64,000 bases of DNA from Macrostomum lignano. Lineage: Eukaryota. The stretch covers positions 248,001-312,000 of the forward strand of contig NIVC01000257.1 of the NCBI GenBank assembly GCA_002269645.1. Direction: 5' to 3'. The notes beneath the pieces were generated by a model. The model was given only the letters and a program-made list of their open reading frames with translations. It was not told the DNA's origin and did not search any database. Both the position numbers and the translations under genes were made by a program. Numbering within the stretch: position 1 is the stretch's first letter; each line of letters begins with the position of its first letter. Below are positions 52,240 to 64,000 of this stretch, one piece after another.

Positions 52240-52660
52240 GTTCCTAGACCCGTTCAGACATCTCTGGATCGTGAAGACATCCTTAGACTCGTATAGACAT
52301 CGTTAGACCCGTACAGAAGTCCCTAGACCCGTACATAAGTCCCTAGACCCGTATAGAAGTCCCTAGACCCGTACATAAGTCCCTAGACCCGTATAGAAGT
52401 CCCTAGACTCGTACATAAGTCCCTAGACCCGTATAGAAGTCCCTAGACCCGTACATAAGTCCCTAGACCCGTACATAAGTCCCTAGACCCGTACAGAACA
52501 CCCTAGACCCGTACAGAACACCCTAGACCCGTATAAACCGTAGACTCGTAGACATCCCTTGACCCGTACAGACATCGTTAGACCCGTGCAGACATCCTTA
52601 GACCTTTACAGACACCCCTTGACTCCTAGAGACATCCTTAGATCAGACCCGTACAGACGT
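52240..52660 (+). repeat. Minisatellite, 20 bp (CCCTAGACCCGTACAGAAGT)
   Basis: Direct reading. Confidence 0.85.
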
Positions 52661-52954
52661 CCGTATATCTCTAAGTATATCTTTGAACTCTGATAATATA
52701 TTTTCTGTCAGATTATTCTGTATATGTACATAACCTCTATAGATATTTACAGACATTTTTAGATTCCTAAAGTCATATTTAGATCCTTTAGTCATCCTTA
52801 GGGATCATGCTAAAATGGATGACATTTCTACAGAATGTCCAGATCCTTAAAGCCATCTCTAGAGCCCTGGGGACATCTATAGATCCCCCAAGAGTCGACA
52901 CTAGATCTCTACAGATCTCTACAAATCCCCTAAAGAAGTCCCTCCCTCCGGCCA

Positions 52955-53802
52955 TCAGCCGGCAACTTCGAACAGCTGCACTCTGTGGTTGCCGCTGTCC
53001 GCCACCGCCAGCCGCTGCCGGCCATCTCCGGCCGCTAGCAGGGCCACTCCGATCGGACAACGGAAGGCGTCCTCGTCGCTGCTGTCCTGCCCGGCGCCGC
53101 ACTCCAGCCCGCCCAGTGTGGCCAACAGCCGCTGCCCGACGCCATCGATCACCCTCACGACGTGTCCGGCACTATCAGCCTCGAACACCCGGCCGGCCAA
53201 GTCCAGTGCCAGGCCGGCCGGGGCAGCCAGCTGAAACTCCGTGGCGTCCTCGGCCGGGTAGCTGGCGTCCAGGCGACCGGGCGCCGGATCGGCCGACACG
53301 AAGCGCAGCCGGCCGCTGCAATAGTCGGACAGCACTAGCTGGCCGTCCGGCCCGGCCGCCAGTCCGGACACGAGCCAGTCGGCAAACTCGACCAGCTGCA
53401 CCGCGATCGCCCAGGTGCCGGTTGCCATAGCAACAGATAGCACTCGCCGGCCGACTCGATCGTAGGTGAACAGCCTCGGTTCGGTCGGGCTGGCCGTCAG
53501 GCCGGCCAATCGGCAGCCGGCCGTGGCCGAAACTGGCCGGCTGGACCAAACCGGACGGCCGGCCAGGTCCAGGGCGGTCAGCACCGACTCCTGTGCCACG
53601 TAAAGTCGCTGGCTGCCATCGCCGCTGCATCGGCATTGAATGCCGACCAGCCAGTCGTCCCAGTCGATGTCGGCCTCGCAGCGGAGCAGCCGCCGGCCAG
53701 CCTCGGGCAGCGAAGCTGCCAGCAGGTGGCGCCTGCCCTCGGCCGGGTCAAAGCTGGCGAACAGGCAGGGCTGGGGCGCCGGCGCAATGGAGGCGCCGCT
53801 TT
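52955..53802 (-). CDS. NHL-repeat beta-propeller exon (TRIM-NHL/Brat-like C-terminus)
   Basis: F..PAGLALDLAGRVFEADSAGHVVRVID and FRCPIGVAL...LAVADSGNHRVQLF are NHL repeats; the phase-1 acceptor gcatgcag|AA fits exon 1. Confidence 0.85.
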
Positions 53803-53894
53803 CTGCATGCGATGGTGTCTTTTTTGCAAAAATTAGAGATATTTTTTCAGTGCTAAACAGGCTATTGTGCACCTAGGAATCAATTATTAGAGGA

Positions 53895-54185
53895 CACCTG
53901 GTTGTCTTGGAAGGCACTGGGGTGTCTTGGAAGGCATTGGGGTGTCTTGGAAGGCATTGGGGTGTCTTGGAAGGCATTGGGGTGTCTTGGAAGGCATTGG
54001 GGTGTCTTGGAAGGCATTGGGGTGTCTTGGAAGGCATTGGGGTATCTTGGAAGGCATTGGGGTGTCTTGGACGGCATTGGGGTGTCTTGGAAGGCATTGG
54101 GGTGTCTTGGAAGGCATTGGGGTATCTTGGAAGGCATTGGGGTGTCTTGGAAGGCATTGGGGTATCTTGGAAGGCATTGGGCTGC
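53895..54185 (+). repeat. Minisatellite, 20 bp (GGCATTGGGGTGTCTTGGAA)
   Basis: Direct reading. Confidence 0.95.
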
Positions 54186-54529
54186 CTGAAAGGCACAAGG
54201 AAGTCAGTTAAAATTGTTTATAGAAAGGTACTTTTCCTGTGCGACATGCATATGCAAAAATTTTAGGCCAAAAGAACCTTGCTGGGCATGCATGGGGTCA
54301 CTGCTAATGGATTCCATTTTTGTCCCGCAATTTTATTCTTAAACATGAATGTGCTTGTCTGTCGCTAAATTGTCCAATTTGCGTTCTTAAGGCGGCTGTC
54401 ACCTGAGCCGTTTTGAATTAGACAGAATTTAAAATGCCAAACTAGACTAGATTGTCTGCCAAGTACGAGGCAGAATGGCATAAGATGCGGTTTTTTATTA
54501 AAGAATTGGCTGTCCGGAACCTTCTGCCT

Positions 54530-56430
54530 CCCTCTAATCCAGTGTGTCACTCCCTCTGATCCAGTGTGTCACTCCCTCTGATCCAGTGTGTCACTCTCTC
54601 TGATCCAGTGTGTCACTCCCTCTGATCCAGTGTGTCACTCCCTCTGATCCAGTGTGTCACTCCCTCTGATCCAGTGTGTCACTCCCTCTGATCCAGTGTG
54701 TCACTCCCTCTGATCCAGTGTGTCACTCCCTCTGATCCAGTGTGTCACTCCCTCTGATCAAGTGTGTCACTCCCTCTGATCCAGTGTGTCACTCCCTCTG
54801 ATCCAGTGTGTCACTCCCTCTGATCCAGTGTGTCACTCCCTCTGATCCAGTGTGTCACTTTCTCTGATCCAGTGTGTCACTCCCTCTGATCCAGTGTGTC
54901 ACTCCCTCTGATCCAGTGTGTCACTCCCTCTGATCCAGTGTGTCACTCCCTCTGATCCAGTGTGTCACTCCCTCTGATCCAGTGTGTCACTCCCTCTGAT
55001 CCAGTGTGTCACTCCCTCTGATCCAGTGTGTCACTCCCTCTGATCCAGTGTGTCACTCCCTCTGATCCAGTGTGTCACTCCCTCTGATCCAGTGTGTCAC
55101 TCCCTCTGATCCAGTGTGTCACTCCCTCTGATCCAGTGTGTCACTCCCTCTGATCCAGTGTGTCACTCCCTCTGATCCAGTGTGTCACTCCCTCTGATCC
55201 AGTGTGTCACTCCCTCTGATCCAGTGTGTCACTCCCTCTGATCCAGTGTGTCACTCCCTCTGATCCAGTGTGTCACTCCCTCTGATCCAGTGTGTCATTC
55301 CCTCTGATCCAGTGTGTCATTCCCTCTGATCCAGTGTGTCACTCCCTCTGATCCAGTGTGTCACTCCCTCTGATCCAGTGTGTCACTCCCTCTGATCCAG
55401 TGTGTCACTCCCTCTGATCCAGTGTGTCACTCCCTCTGATCCAGTGTGTCACTCCCTCTGATCCAGTGTGTCACTCCCTCTGATCCAGTGTGTCACTCCC
55501 TCTGATCCAGTGTGTCACTCCCTCTGATCCAGTGTGTCACTCCCTCTGATCCAGTGTGTCACTCCCTCTGATCCAGTGTGTCACTTTCTCTGATCCAGTG
55601 TGTCACTCCCTCTGATCCAGTGTGTCACTCCCTCTGATCCAGTGTGTCACTCCCTCTGATCCAGTGTGTCACTCCCTCTGATCCAGTGTGTCACTCCCTC
55701 TGATCCAGTGTGTCATTCCCTCTGATCCAGTGTGTCACTCCCTCTGATCCAGTGTGTCACTCCCTCTGATCCAGTGTGTCACTCCCTCTGATCCAGTGTT
55801 TCACTCCCTCTGATCCAGTGTGTCACTCCCTCTGATCCAGTGTGTCACTCCCTCTGATCCAGTGTGTCACTCTCTCTGATCCAGTGTGTCACTCCCTCTG
55901 ATCCAGTGTGTCACTCCCTCTGATCCAGTGTGTCACTCCCTCTGATCCAGTGTGTCACTCCCTCTGATCCAGTGTGTCACTCCCTCTGATCCAGTGTGTC
56001 ATTCCCTCTGATCCAGTGTGTCATTCCCTCTGATCCAGTGTGTCACTCCCTCTGATCCAGTGTGTCACTCCCTCTGATCCAGTGTGTCACTCCTCTCTGA
56101 TCCAGTGTGTCACTCCCTCTGATCCAGTGTGTCACTCCCTCTGATCCAGTGTGTCACTCTCTCTGATCCAGTGTGTCACTCCCTCTGTTCCAGTGTGTCA
56201 CTCCCTCTGATCCAGTGTGTCACTCCCTCTGATCCAGTGTGTCACTCCCTCTGATCCAGTGTGTCACTCCCTCTGATCCAGTGTGTCATTCCCTCTGATC
56301 CAGTGTGTCTTTCCCTCTGATCCAGTGTGTCACTATCTCTGATCCAGTGTGTCACTTCCCCTGATCCAGTGTGTCACTCCCTCTGATCCAGTGTGTCACT
56401 CCCTCTGATCCATTGTGTCACTCTCCTTGA
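54530..56430 (+). repeat. 1.9-kb minisatellite, 22 bp (CTGATCCAGTGTGTCACTCCCT)
   Basis: Direct reading. Confidence 0.97.
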
Positions 56431-56711
56431 CCCAGTTTCACTCTCCCTCTCACAGTTTCACTCTCCCTCTCACAGTTTCACTCTCCCTCGCACACGCTCA
56501 CACAGGGTGCACAGCGGGCCCGTCTTTGTCATCGTCAGGCGTGTACACTCTGCGTCGTGGAGGATTTTCCAAATACCATTGCTTTATACAAAAATGCAGC
56601 AGAATGAAATCACTCAGGATCCCAATCCTAATACCATAGTCTGAGCCTCTTCACTGCCCCGTGTCGGAAATACTGTAATCAGTAGTCATTGGACGATCGT
56701 TGAGGTTTACG

Positions 56712-57006
56712 CACTGTTATGCTGCTGTGGGAATCGAACCCGGGACGACACTGTTATGCTGCTGTGGGAATCGAACCCGGGACGACACTGTTATGCTGCT
56801 GTGGGAATCGAACCCGGGACGACACTGTTTTGCTGCTGTGGGAATCGAACCCGGGACGACACTGTAATGCTCCATTGGGAATCGAACCCGGGACGACACT
56901 GTAATGCTCCATTGTGAATCGAACCCGGGACGACACTGTAATGCTCCATTGGGAATCGAACCCGGGACGACACTGTAATGCTCCATTGGGAATCGAACCC
57001 GGGACG
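56712..57006 (-). repeat. 8 x 37-bp minisatellite carrying a tRNA-type B-box
   Basis: The minus strand of each unit contains GTCCCGGGTTCGATTC; period 37 measured (56729 to 56988). Confidence 0.95.
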
Positions 57007-57037
57007 CTGCAGACTATCACAGCGTTCGGCCTCTCAC

Positions 57038-57527
57038 CTTTGGCAACCAGCCTGCCGCTGCCGTCCACTCCGAAGCCGGAGGTGTCGCTGGCCACGGCCA
57101 GCCAGCGGACGCAGCCGCCCAGCTCGGCGATGCTGCCCGCCGACCGGATGGTCAGCGCCGCGCCGCTGTCGAACCCTTTGTCATCATCGTCGTTGTCATC
57201 GTCGTGTTCGTTTCGGTCGTCGGCCAGAGCGACGGCCAGCCGGCAGGCTTCACAGTCTGGGCGGAGCAGCTGCGCCATGCGCCGGTCCACCTGGCGGCGA
57301 ACCTGTCGCAGTCCGACGCTCAGCTCGCCGAGTCGGGCGCTGCTGCAGCCGACGTCGCTGCCGCCATTGTTGTTGTTGCTGCTGGCGGCCGTCAACAGAT
57401 TCTGAGCGACCCGGCGCTCCCACTGATCGACGGTGGCTCGCAGCGGGCCGAACAACCTGGCAGCTGTCGCTGCGGCCTCCGACAGCTGCGGGCTGGGTTC
57501 CCAACCAGGCAGTTGGCTGGTCAGCAT
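57038..57527 (-). CDS. NHL-repeat protein exon 1 (helical/coiled-coil-like N-terminus)
   Basis: ATG in caaaaATG context with an in-frame TAG upstream; donor G|GTGAGA phase 1; 490 nt. Confidence 0.7.
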
Positions 57528-58127
57528 TTTTGGATGCTAAAAATAGTCTGGCTGTTTTTAGAAATAACTGCGCAGGACGCACGGCCTCTGAGTTTAAAGT
57601 TCAAGAATGGAACAGGGCTGCATATATAGAGACTGCAGATTAGGTCGGGCATTCGTTCTTTAAGAGTGCAACCAGCAAACTGATGGTTGCTGCGAGACTT
57701 CCTTACCTGGAATCCATGAATTGTACAGAAAGCCGTGTCGCCTCTTGTCTGCAGCAGCTGATGCGATTGAAGTTAATAATAGTACAAGCTGAAATGTGAT
57801 CCCGTATCGTCGTTGTTTGTGTTTTGGAACTCTGCAGGCACTTGTTCAAGGGTTTTCCTTTTTATAAAATCCGACACCAAACCCTCTGTGTGTGTTGTGC
57901 GATATTTTCTGTTTCTGCTGTTAGCAGAAGCCAGTCGGGGGGGGGGGGGTGGCGCTCAGTTCTCTTTTATTATTTGCCCCCCCCCCTGTCTTTCTTCTCT
58001 CTCTGCCTCTCCGCCCTAGATTCATTTCTCTCTTTGGCTGCTCGGGGTTGGCTGACTCAGGAGAGTCAAGGAGAACCCGCAACCAAGCATACGAGTAGTC
58101 TGGAGTGGCGACTCCGGGTCTATGAAG

Positions 58128-59612
58128 TTTGCTAACCGAGATCTGCTAACCGAGATCTGCTAACCGAGATCTGCTAACCGAGATCTGCTAACCGAGATCT
58201 GCTAACCGAGATCTGCTAACCGAGATCTGCTAACCGAAATCTGCTAACCGAAATCTGCTAACCGAAATCTGCTAACCGAAATCTGCTAACCGAAATCTGC
58301 TAACCGAAATCTGCTAACCGAAATCTGCTAACCGAAATCTGCTAACCGAAATCTGCTAGCCGAAATCTGCTAACCGAAATCTGCTAGCCGAAATCTGCTA
58401 ACCAAAATCTGCTAACCGAGATCTGCTAACCGAGATCTGCTAAAAGGAAATCTGCTAACCGAGATCTGCTAACCGAGATCTGCTAACCGAGATCTGCTAA
58501 CCGAGATCTGCTTACCGAGATCTGCTAACCGAAATCTGCTAAAAGGAAATCTGCTAACCGAGATCTGCTAAAAGGAAATCTGCTAACCGAAATCTGCTAA
58601 CCGAAATCTGCTAACCAAAATCTGCTAACCGAGATCTGCTAACCGAGATCTGCTAACCGAGATCTGCTAACCGAGATCTGCTAACCGAGATCTGCTAACC
58701 GAGATCTGCTAACCGAGATCTGCTAACCGAGATCTGCTAACCGAGATCTGCTAACCGAAATCTGCTAACCGAAATCTGCTAACCGAAATCTGCTAACCGA
58801 AATCTGCTAACCGAAATCTGCTAACCGAGATCTGCTAACCGAGATCTGCTAAAAGGAAATCTGCTAACCGAAATCTGCTAACCGAGATCTGCTAACCGAG
58901 ATCTGCTAACCGAAATCTGCTAACCGAAATCTGCTAACCGAAATCTGGTAACCGAAATCTGCTAACCGAAATCTGCTAACCGAAATCTGCTAACCGAAAT
59001 CTGCTAACCGAAATCTGCTAACCGAAATCTGGTAACCGAAATCTGCTAACCGAAATCTGCTAACCGAAATCTGGTAACCGAAATCTGCTAACCGAAATCT
59101 GCTAACCGAAATCTGCTAACCGAAATCTGCTAACCGAAATCTGCTAACCGAAATCTGCTAACCGAAATCTGCTAACCGAGATCTGCTAACCGAGATCTGC
59201 TAAAAGGAAATCTGCTAACCGAAATCTGCTAACCGAAATCTGCTAACCGAAATCTGCTAACCGAAATCTGCTAACCGAAATCTGCTAACCGAAATCTGCT
59301 AACCGAAATCTGCTAACCGAAATCTGCTAACCGAAATCTGCTAACCGAAATCTGCTAAAAGGAAATCTGCTAAAAGGAAATCTGCTAAAAGGAAATATGC
59401 TAAAAGGAAATCTGCTAAAAGGAAATCTGCTAAAAGGAAATCTGCTAAAAGGAAATCTGCTAAAAGGAAATCTGCTAAAAGGAAATCTGCTAAAAGGAAA
59501 TCTGCTAAAAGGAAATCTGCTAAAAGGAAATCTGCTAAAAGGAAATCTGCTAAAAGGAAATCTGCTAAAAGGAAATCTGCTAAAAGGAAATCTGCTAAAA
59601 GGAAATCTGCTA
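58128..59612 (+). repeat. Minisatellite, 14-15 bp (CTGCTAACCGAAAT / CTGCTAAAAGGAAAT)
   Basis: Direct reading. Confidence 0.97.
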
Positions 59613-60019
59613 GCCTCCCGTGCAGCATGAATTGTACTTTGCTCTCTTATCTATGAAAACTCGTTTACTTTTTTTGATAGTGCAATAAAAATGACTCCTA
59701 TAGCCTATAGATATTACACTGTAAATACATGTTGTCCACCAAAGACCATTTGAGGGCGCCGCAACGGAACACTGCTAGCTAGTGTAAACTTTTCTGGGAA
59801 CACGTTCTCAGGTCAGTCTGACGTCCACAGATAAACCAATGAAATTAGGATATTTTATACTTCTGAAGTATATTTTATATTTTGTAAGCAAAATTCTCAC
59901 TATGGTGCATCTCAAGTTCGTAAGTCTAATTAGCATTTTCGACTAGCAGATATATATAACGTTTATTTAACGAGGCTTTTAACTGAGCAGTCCCTTTAAA
60001 AGCGATAAGTTGTTGCTTC

Positions 60020-60680
60020 AACCCCTCTCTCTCCTCTCTTCTTTCTCCTCTCTCCCTTCTCTCTCTCTCTCTCTCTCTCTCTCCTCTCTCTCCTCTCTCT
60101 CCTCTCTCCCTTCTTTCTCCCCTCTCCTCTATCTCTCCTCCCTCCTCCCTCTTCTCTCCTCCCTCCTCCCTCTTCTCTCCTCCCTCCTCCCTCTTCTCTC
60201 CTCCCTCCTCCCTCTTCTCTCCTCCCTCCTCCCTCTTCTCTCCTCCCTCCTCCCTCTTCTCTCCTCCCTCCTCCCTCTTCTCTCCTCCCTCCTCCCTCTT
60301 CTCTCCTCCCTCCTCCCTCTTCTCTCCTCCCTCCTCCCTCTTCTCTCCTCCCTCCTCCCTCTTCTCTCCTCCCTCCTCCCTCTTCTCTCCTCCCTCCTCC
60401 CTCTTCTCTCCTCCCTCCTCCCTCTTCTCTCCTCCCTCCTCCCTCTTCTCTCCTCCCTCCTCCCTCTTCTCTCCTCCCTCCTCCCTCTTCTCTCCTCCCT
60501 CCTCCCTCTTCTCTCCTCCCTCCTCCCTCTTCTCTCTCTTCTCTCCTCTCCCTCTTGTCTCCTTTCTTCTCTCTTCATATCTATCCTCTGACCTCTCTCT
60601 TCCCTCCTCTCTTCTTACATGTATCTTCTCTCTCATCGTCATTCCATCTCTCATCCCCTCCTTTCTCTTCTCTATTCTCT
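60020..60680 (+). repeat. Pure polypyrimidine minisatellite, 21 bp
   Basis: Direct reading. Confidence 0.9.
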
Positions 60681-61244
60681 CTCCTTCTTACTCCTATTTG
60701 ACCCGAAATCCTGAACTGGATTCTTTATCTGGCCCTTGAGCACGCGGTAAAAAAGTTTGCCAATCCCAGGATCAAAGACTGGCACTCCGCTCCAGACTGC
60801 TGGTTCTGGGCCTCCCTGCACGTGTGCAGCACCGCCCCTCTCAGTTCGGTATTGAGACACATGCACACCCACCCCACCAGCCTCTCTAAAACCTATTAAT
60901 TACTCGACGGAGAGCTGTGTGTTTTTTCGTCAACAGCAAACCAATTGTTGCAAAGAATGCACTCTGAGGAAGGCTGAGATGAGGCGGCTGGTTCAGTCAA
61001 AATAGCCAGAGAGAATTCTTATCGCAGTCTCCTTCCTATAAGCTCGTTCTCTATCTAGCGTGCAAAGTTAATACTCTAATTTAAAAAATGCACGTGTTTC
61101 CGCTTTTTTTCTAACAGATACGCTCGTTATTTACTGCATTCACGCCGAGCAGAGAGCTTGATGCTCCACACAGCAACCAATATCTGCCCAAATTGCTTTT
61201 ATTTCTTTGCATGCGAATAAAACTCTTGTGCAGCATTCTGTTTG

Positions 61245-61748
61245 CTAGATTAGCAATCCATTCTATTCCTTCATTGATGTAGGCTAGATTAGCAATCCAT
61301 TCTATTCCTTCATTGATGTAGGCTAGATTAGCAATCCATTCTATTCCTTCATTGATGTAGGCTAGATTAGCAATCCATTCTATTCCTTCATCTCTGATTT
61401 AGGCTAGATTAGCAATCCATTCCATTCCTTCATCTCTGATGCAGGCTAGATTAGCAATCCATTCTATTCCTTCATCTCTGATTTAGGCTAGATTAGCAAT
61501 CCATTCCATTCCTTCATCTCTGATGCAGGCTAGATTAGCAATCCATTCTATTCCTTCATCACTGATGTAGGCTAGATTAGCAATCCATTCTATTCCTTCA
61601 CTGATGTAGGCTAGATTAGCAATCCATTCTATTCCTTCACTGATGTAGGCTAGATTAGCAATCCATTTTATCCTCGATTGATGTAGGCTAGATTAGCAAT
61701 CCATTCTATTCCTTCATCACTGATGCAGGCTAGATTAGTAATCCATTC
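61245..61748 (-). repeat. 39-42 bp minisatellite, reverse complement of 17955-18290
   Basis: GCTAGATTAGCAATCCATTCTATTCCTTCACTGATGTAG. Confidence 0.95.
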
Positions 61749-62287
61749 TGTCATTACATTTGCAGGCCTTAAACACAAAAGTACAGGATATGCGACAAGC
61801 AACTTCAGTGCAGATAAAGTCCCTCGCTTGCTCACTGGCTCCGCACTTTGTCCAATAAACAGCAAAGGTGCAAAGCACGGCGAAGTTTTTGAGTGCCTTG
61901 CTTGGCCAGCTGGGCAGAGCTGGGGACAGGACAGCTGTTGGTCCAGCGGAGATTCCCGGGCCTTGTTGGCGTGACTGGAATCGCTGCGGTGAACTTGAGA
62001 CGGGAGTTCAAAAGTCAAATGAAGGTTAAAGTTAAAGTTAAATGAAGGCACGCACTCATACACACGCTCACACGGTGTCTAATCATCAGGAATGCACTCT
62101 CTCTGTGCCTTCATGGGTGTACGAATCGCATGAAACTTATATCCGATTATCCGATTTCAAAAGTGCAGCCAATATTTCATTTTTACATCAAATATGGGTG
62201 GGGATACCAATTAATTGTGATATTTATAATTAAAAGTTGGCGTAAACGTGCAATTTAAAGTTTTATGAAATAAAGTAATTAGTCAGG

Positions 62288-62568
62288 TCAGTTCAATTCA
62301 GTCACTGTGGTTGATGCCGCATCTTGCGATGCCGCTTCTGCAGCCTCCGCAGCTTCCGCCGCTTCCGCCTCGGCCTCGGCCTCGGCGACTTCCGCTTCCA
62401 ACTTGCGCTCTCGTTCGTCGCCTGTCTCTGGCTGGATGACCGTCTCCAGAATCACCAGCAGCAGCATTAGCAACAGGATGTAGGCCAGTGACAGAATGCC
62501 GCCCAGGTGAAACCAGGTGATGCAGCTGCCTTCGATTAGTTCGTCCTCTGCAATTCGCATCCGAGTTA
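62288..62568 (-). CDS. Probable terminal exon of an unidentified membrane protein (one TM helix plus acidic Ala/Glu tail)
   Basis: Acceptor ctcaacag|TA; LGGILSLAYILLLMLLLVILE hydrophobic helix, EAEAEA tail, stop TGA; GC-rich coding-like composition. Upstream exons not found. Confidence 0.55.
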
Positions 62569-62594
62569 CTGTTGAGGACTCAAAATACCTTGGG

Positions 62595-62957
62595 ATTCAG
62601 GGAATCGGTGAGGGAATTAGGTAGAGTTGGGGAATTCAGAAGGGAGTTAGGGAGAGTTGGGGAAGTTGGGGAGGGAATTTGGGAGAGTACCATGGGGAAT
62701 CGGGGAGGGAATTTGTGAGAGTTGGGTGGGAAATCGAGACGGTATTTGGGAGAGTTGCACGGGGAATCGATGTAGGAATTAGGGAGAGTTGGGAAATTGG
62801 GGAGGGAATTCGGGAGGGATGGGGAATCGGGGAGGGTATTCGGGAGCGTAGGATAGGGAATCGAAAATGGAATTTGGGAGAGTTGCATGGGGAATCGGGG
62901 AGGGAATTTGGGAGAGTTGCATGGGGAATCGGAAAGGGAATTTGGGAGAGTTGGATA
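62595..62957 (+). repeat. Degenerate G-rich minisatellite (GGGAATCGGGGAGGGAATTTGGGAGAGTT)
   Basis: Direct reading. Confidence 0.8.
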
Positions 62958-64000
62958 GGGCGCGCGCGAAGGCGTATTCAGCATGCCAGTGAAGTATGAG
63001 ACAGACCAGGCCTTTGGGCTAAGGTCTGCGATGCTTCACGCCTGCCCCTATTTTCAGCAGGTCAAGGCTGGTGGGAGGTCTGCACCCTCTATTTGCCTCT
63101 GGCAGCCGCAGACCCCCCCCACGCTGTCTCGCAAGTCGACCCAGGGTACTCGTCCCCGCGTGTGTTCAAGGCAGACCCTAGGGCTGCTGGACAGACTGGG
63201 CTCCGGCGCTGGGACCCATCCAGTGGCTTTTGCCAAACTTGGGTATGCGGGTCTGGCTGCCAGTCCGCAGGCCGTGGTACTGCTCAACGTACCCTCTAAT
63301 GCCTAAGGTGTTCGACCGTGCCGATGGGCTGGAAGGCCGGGGAGTAGTCCGGTCGCAAGCGGTCCCCTCCTGGTGTTGGGCCAGCCTTGAGGGTTCTTTT
63401 GGCCTACTGCCCGGTCAGGTGGAGCGGCCGGGTGGGTACCGCGCCCCTTCGAGGGTAGCCCACCAACCTTTATCATGGCCTTCGAGCCGACTATGCATAA
63501 AAACCTTATTTCTAAGGACAGGGACCCTTCTAAACCCCAACCTCTGTCCGAAGGACCGGCCGGCCCTGCTGGCAGATCCCAACCGACTGATTCATCTGTG
63601 GCAAAGGAAGGACCGGCTGGCTCTGCAGGCAGATCCGACCATCTGCTGGTGGATCTAAGGGAACCGCGAGCTCTGAGCCCAAAGGACCGGCCAAATCTGG
63701 CAGATCCGACGAAGCTCAGCGGGCTCGGCTTGAGCGCAAACGCGCTAAGCAACGTGCCAAAAGGCAGGCCAAGAAGGGAGCTGCGGGGGCCAAAGCGGCG
63801 GCGTCCACCATGGATGCTGAAGCGACTGGCGTCCCAAGGCAACCAGACGGGCCGGCCGGTGGAAGCCCCAGTAGTTCAGCGGCGGTGCTCCCTGGAGATG
63901 CTGCTGCGGCTGCTGAGGCCGAAACCACGGCGCAACAAATGGCCACTGCCAACAAGGAGGTTCCTTCGGGAGCTAAGGCCAAGGCCAAAATCCCGGGAGT
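62958..64000 (+). mobile_element. Probable 5' end of a non-LTR retrotransposon (structured leader plus frameshifted ORF1-like region)
   Basis: Abrupt GC-rich insertion. ATG 63493 gives MHKNLISKDRDP...; after an apparent 1-nt shift near 63641 it reads RARLERKRAKQRAKRQAKK...KAKIPG, open to the window end. No RT domain visible, clade unknown. Confidence 0.5.

Noticed and set aside
54530-57006. CRISPR-like appearance of the 22-37 bp arrays
   Set aside because: Head-to-tail units with no unique spacers, no cas genes, and spliceosomal gene context.
63345-63375. Twister ribozyme (CCGGTCGCAAGC resembles the L4 loop) and a CPEB3/HDV-like TTCACG..GCCCC at 63034-63048
   Set aside because: The twister cleavage-site UAA and pseudoknot partners were not found; the HDV-type P3, P1.1 and P4 order cannot be built.

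Overview
Eukaryotic (animal) genomic DNA, with no prokaryotic features or CRISPR. The style (GC-rich exons embedded in introns filled with many different minisatellites, roughly 40-45% of the window) resembles the flatworm Macrostomum; that assignment is inference only. I reconstructed spliced genes by hand and checked GT-AG sites and codon phase at every junction. (1) The 3' end of a DEG/ENaC-family channel (+, exons <1-294 and 544-915) with a non-canonical TM2 filter. (2) A complete 8-exon otopetrin proton-channel gene (-, 41485 to 4701, 939 aa) with substitutions at normally conserved pore residues. (3) A 4-exon DRAK/STK17-like Ser/Thr kinase (+, 41872-48436, 330 aa), head-to-head with otopetrin across 386 bp. 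(4) A 2-exon NHL beta-propeller protein without RING/B-box (-, 57527 to 52955). (5) An orphan transmembrane terminal exon (-, 62288-62568). Mobile DNA: two nested Mutator-like TIR elements with 8-bp TSDs, a hAT-type MITE with 8-bp TSD, a tRNA-derived SINE (two copies), and the 5' end of a probable non-LTR retroelement with a highly structured leader. Most long ORFs in the supplied track are translations of tandem repeats. The most notable patterns are minisatellites hugging exon edges (some supplying stop codons, decoy splice sites, AP-1 sites or Pol III B-boxes), a steep GC3 step inside one gene, and two divergent ion channels side by side.
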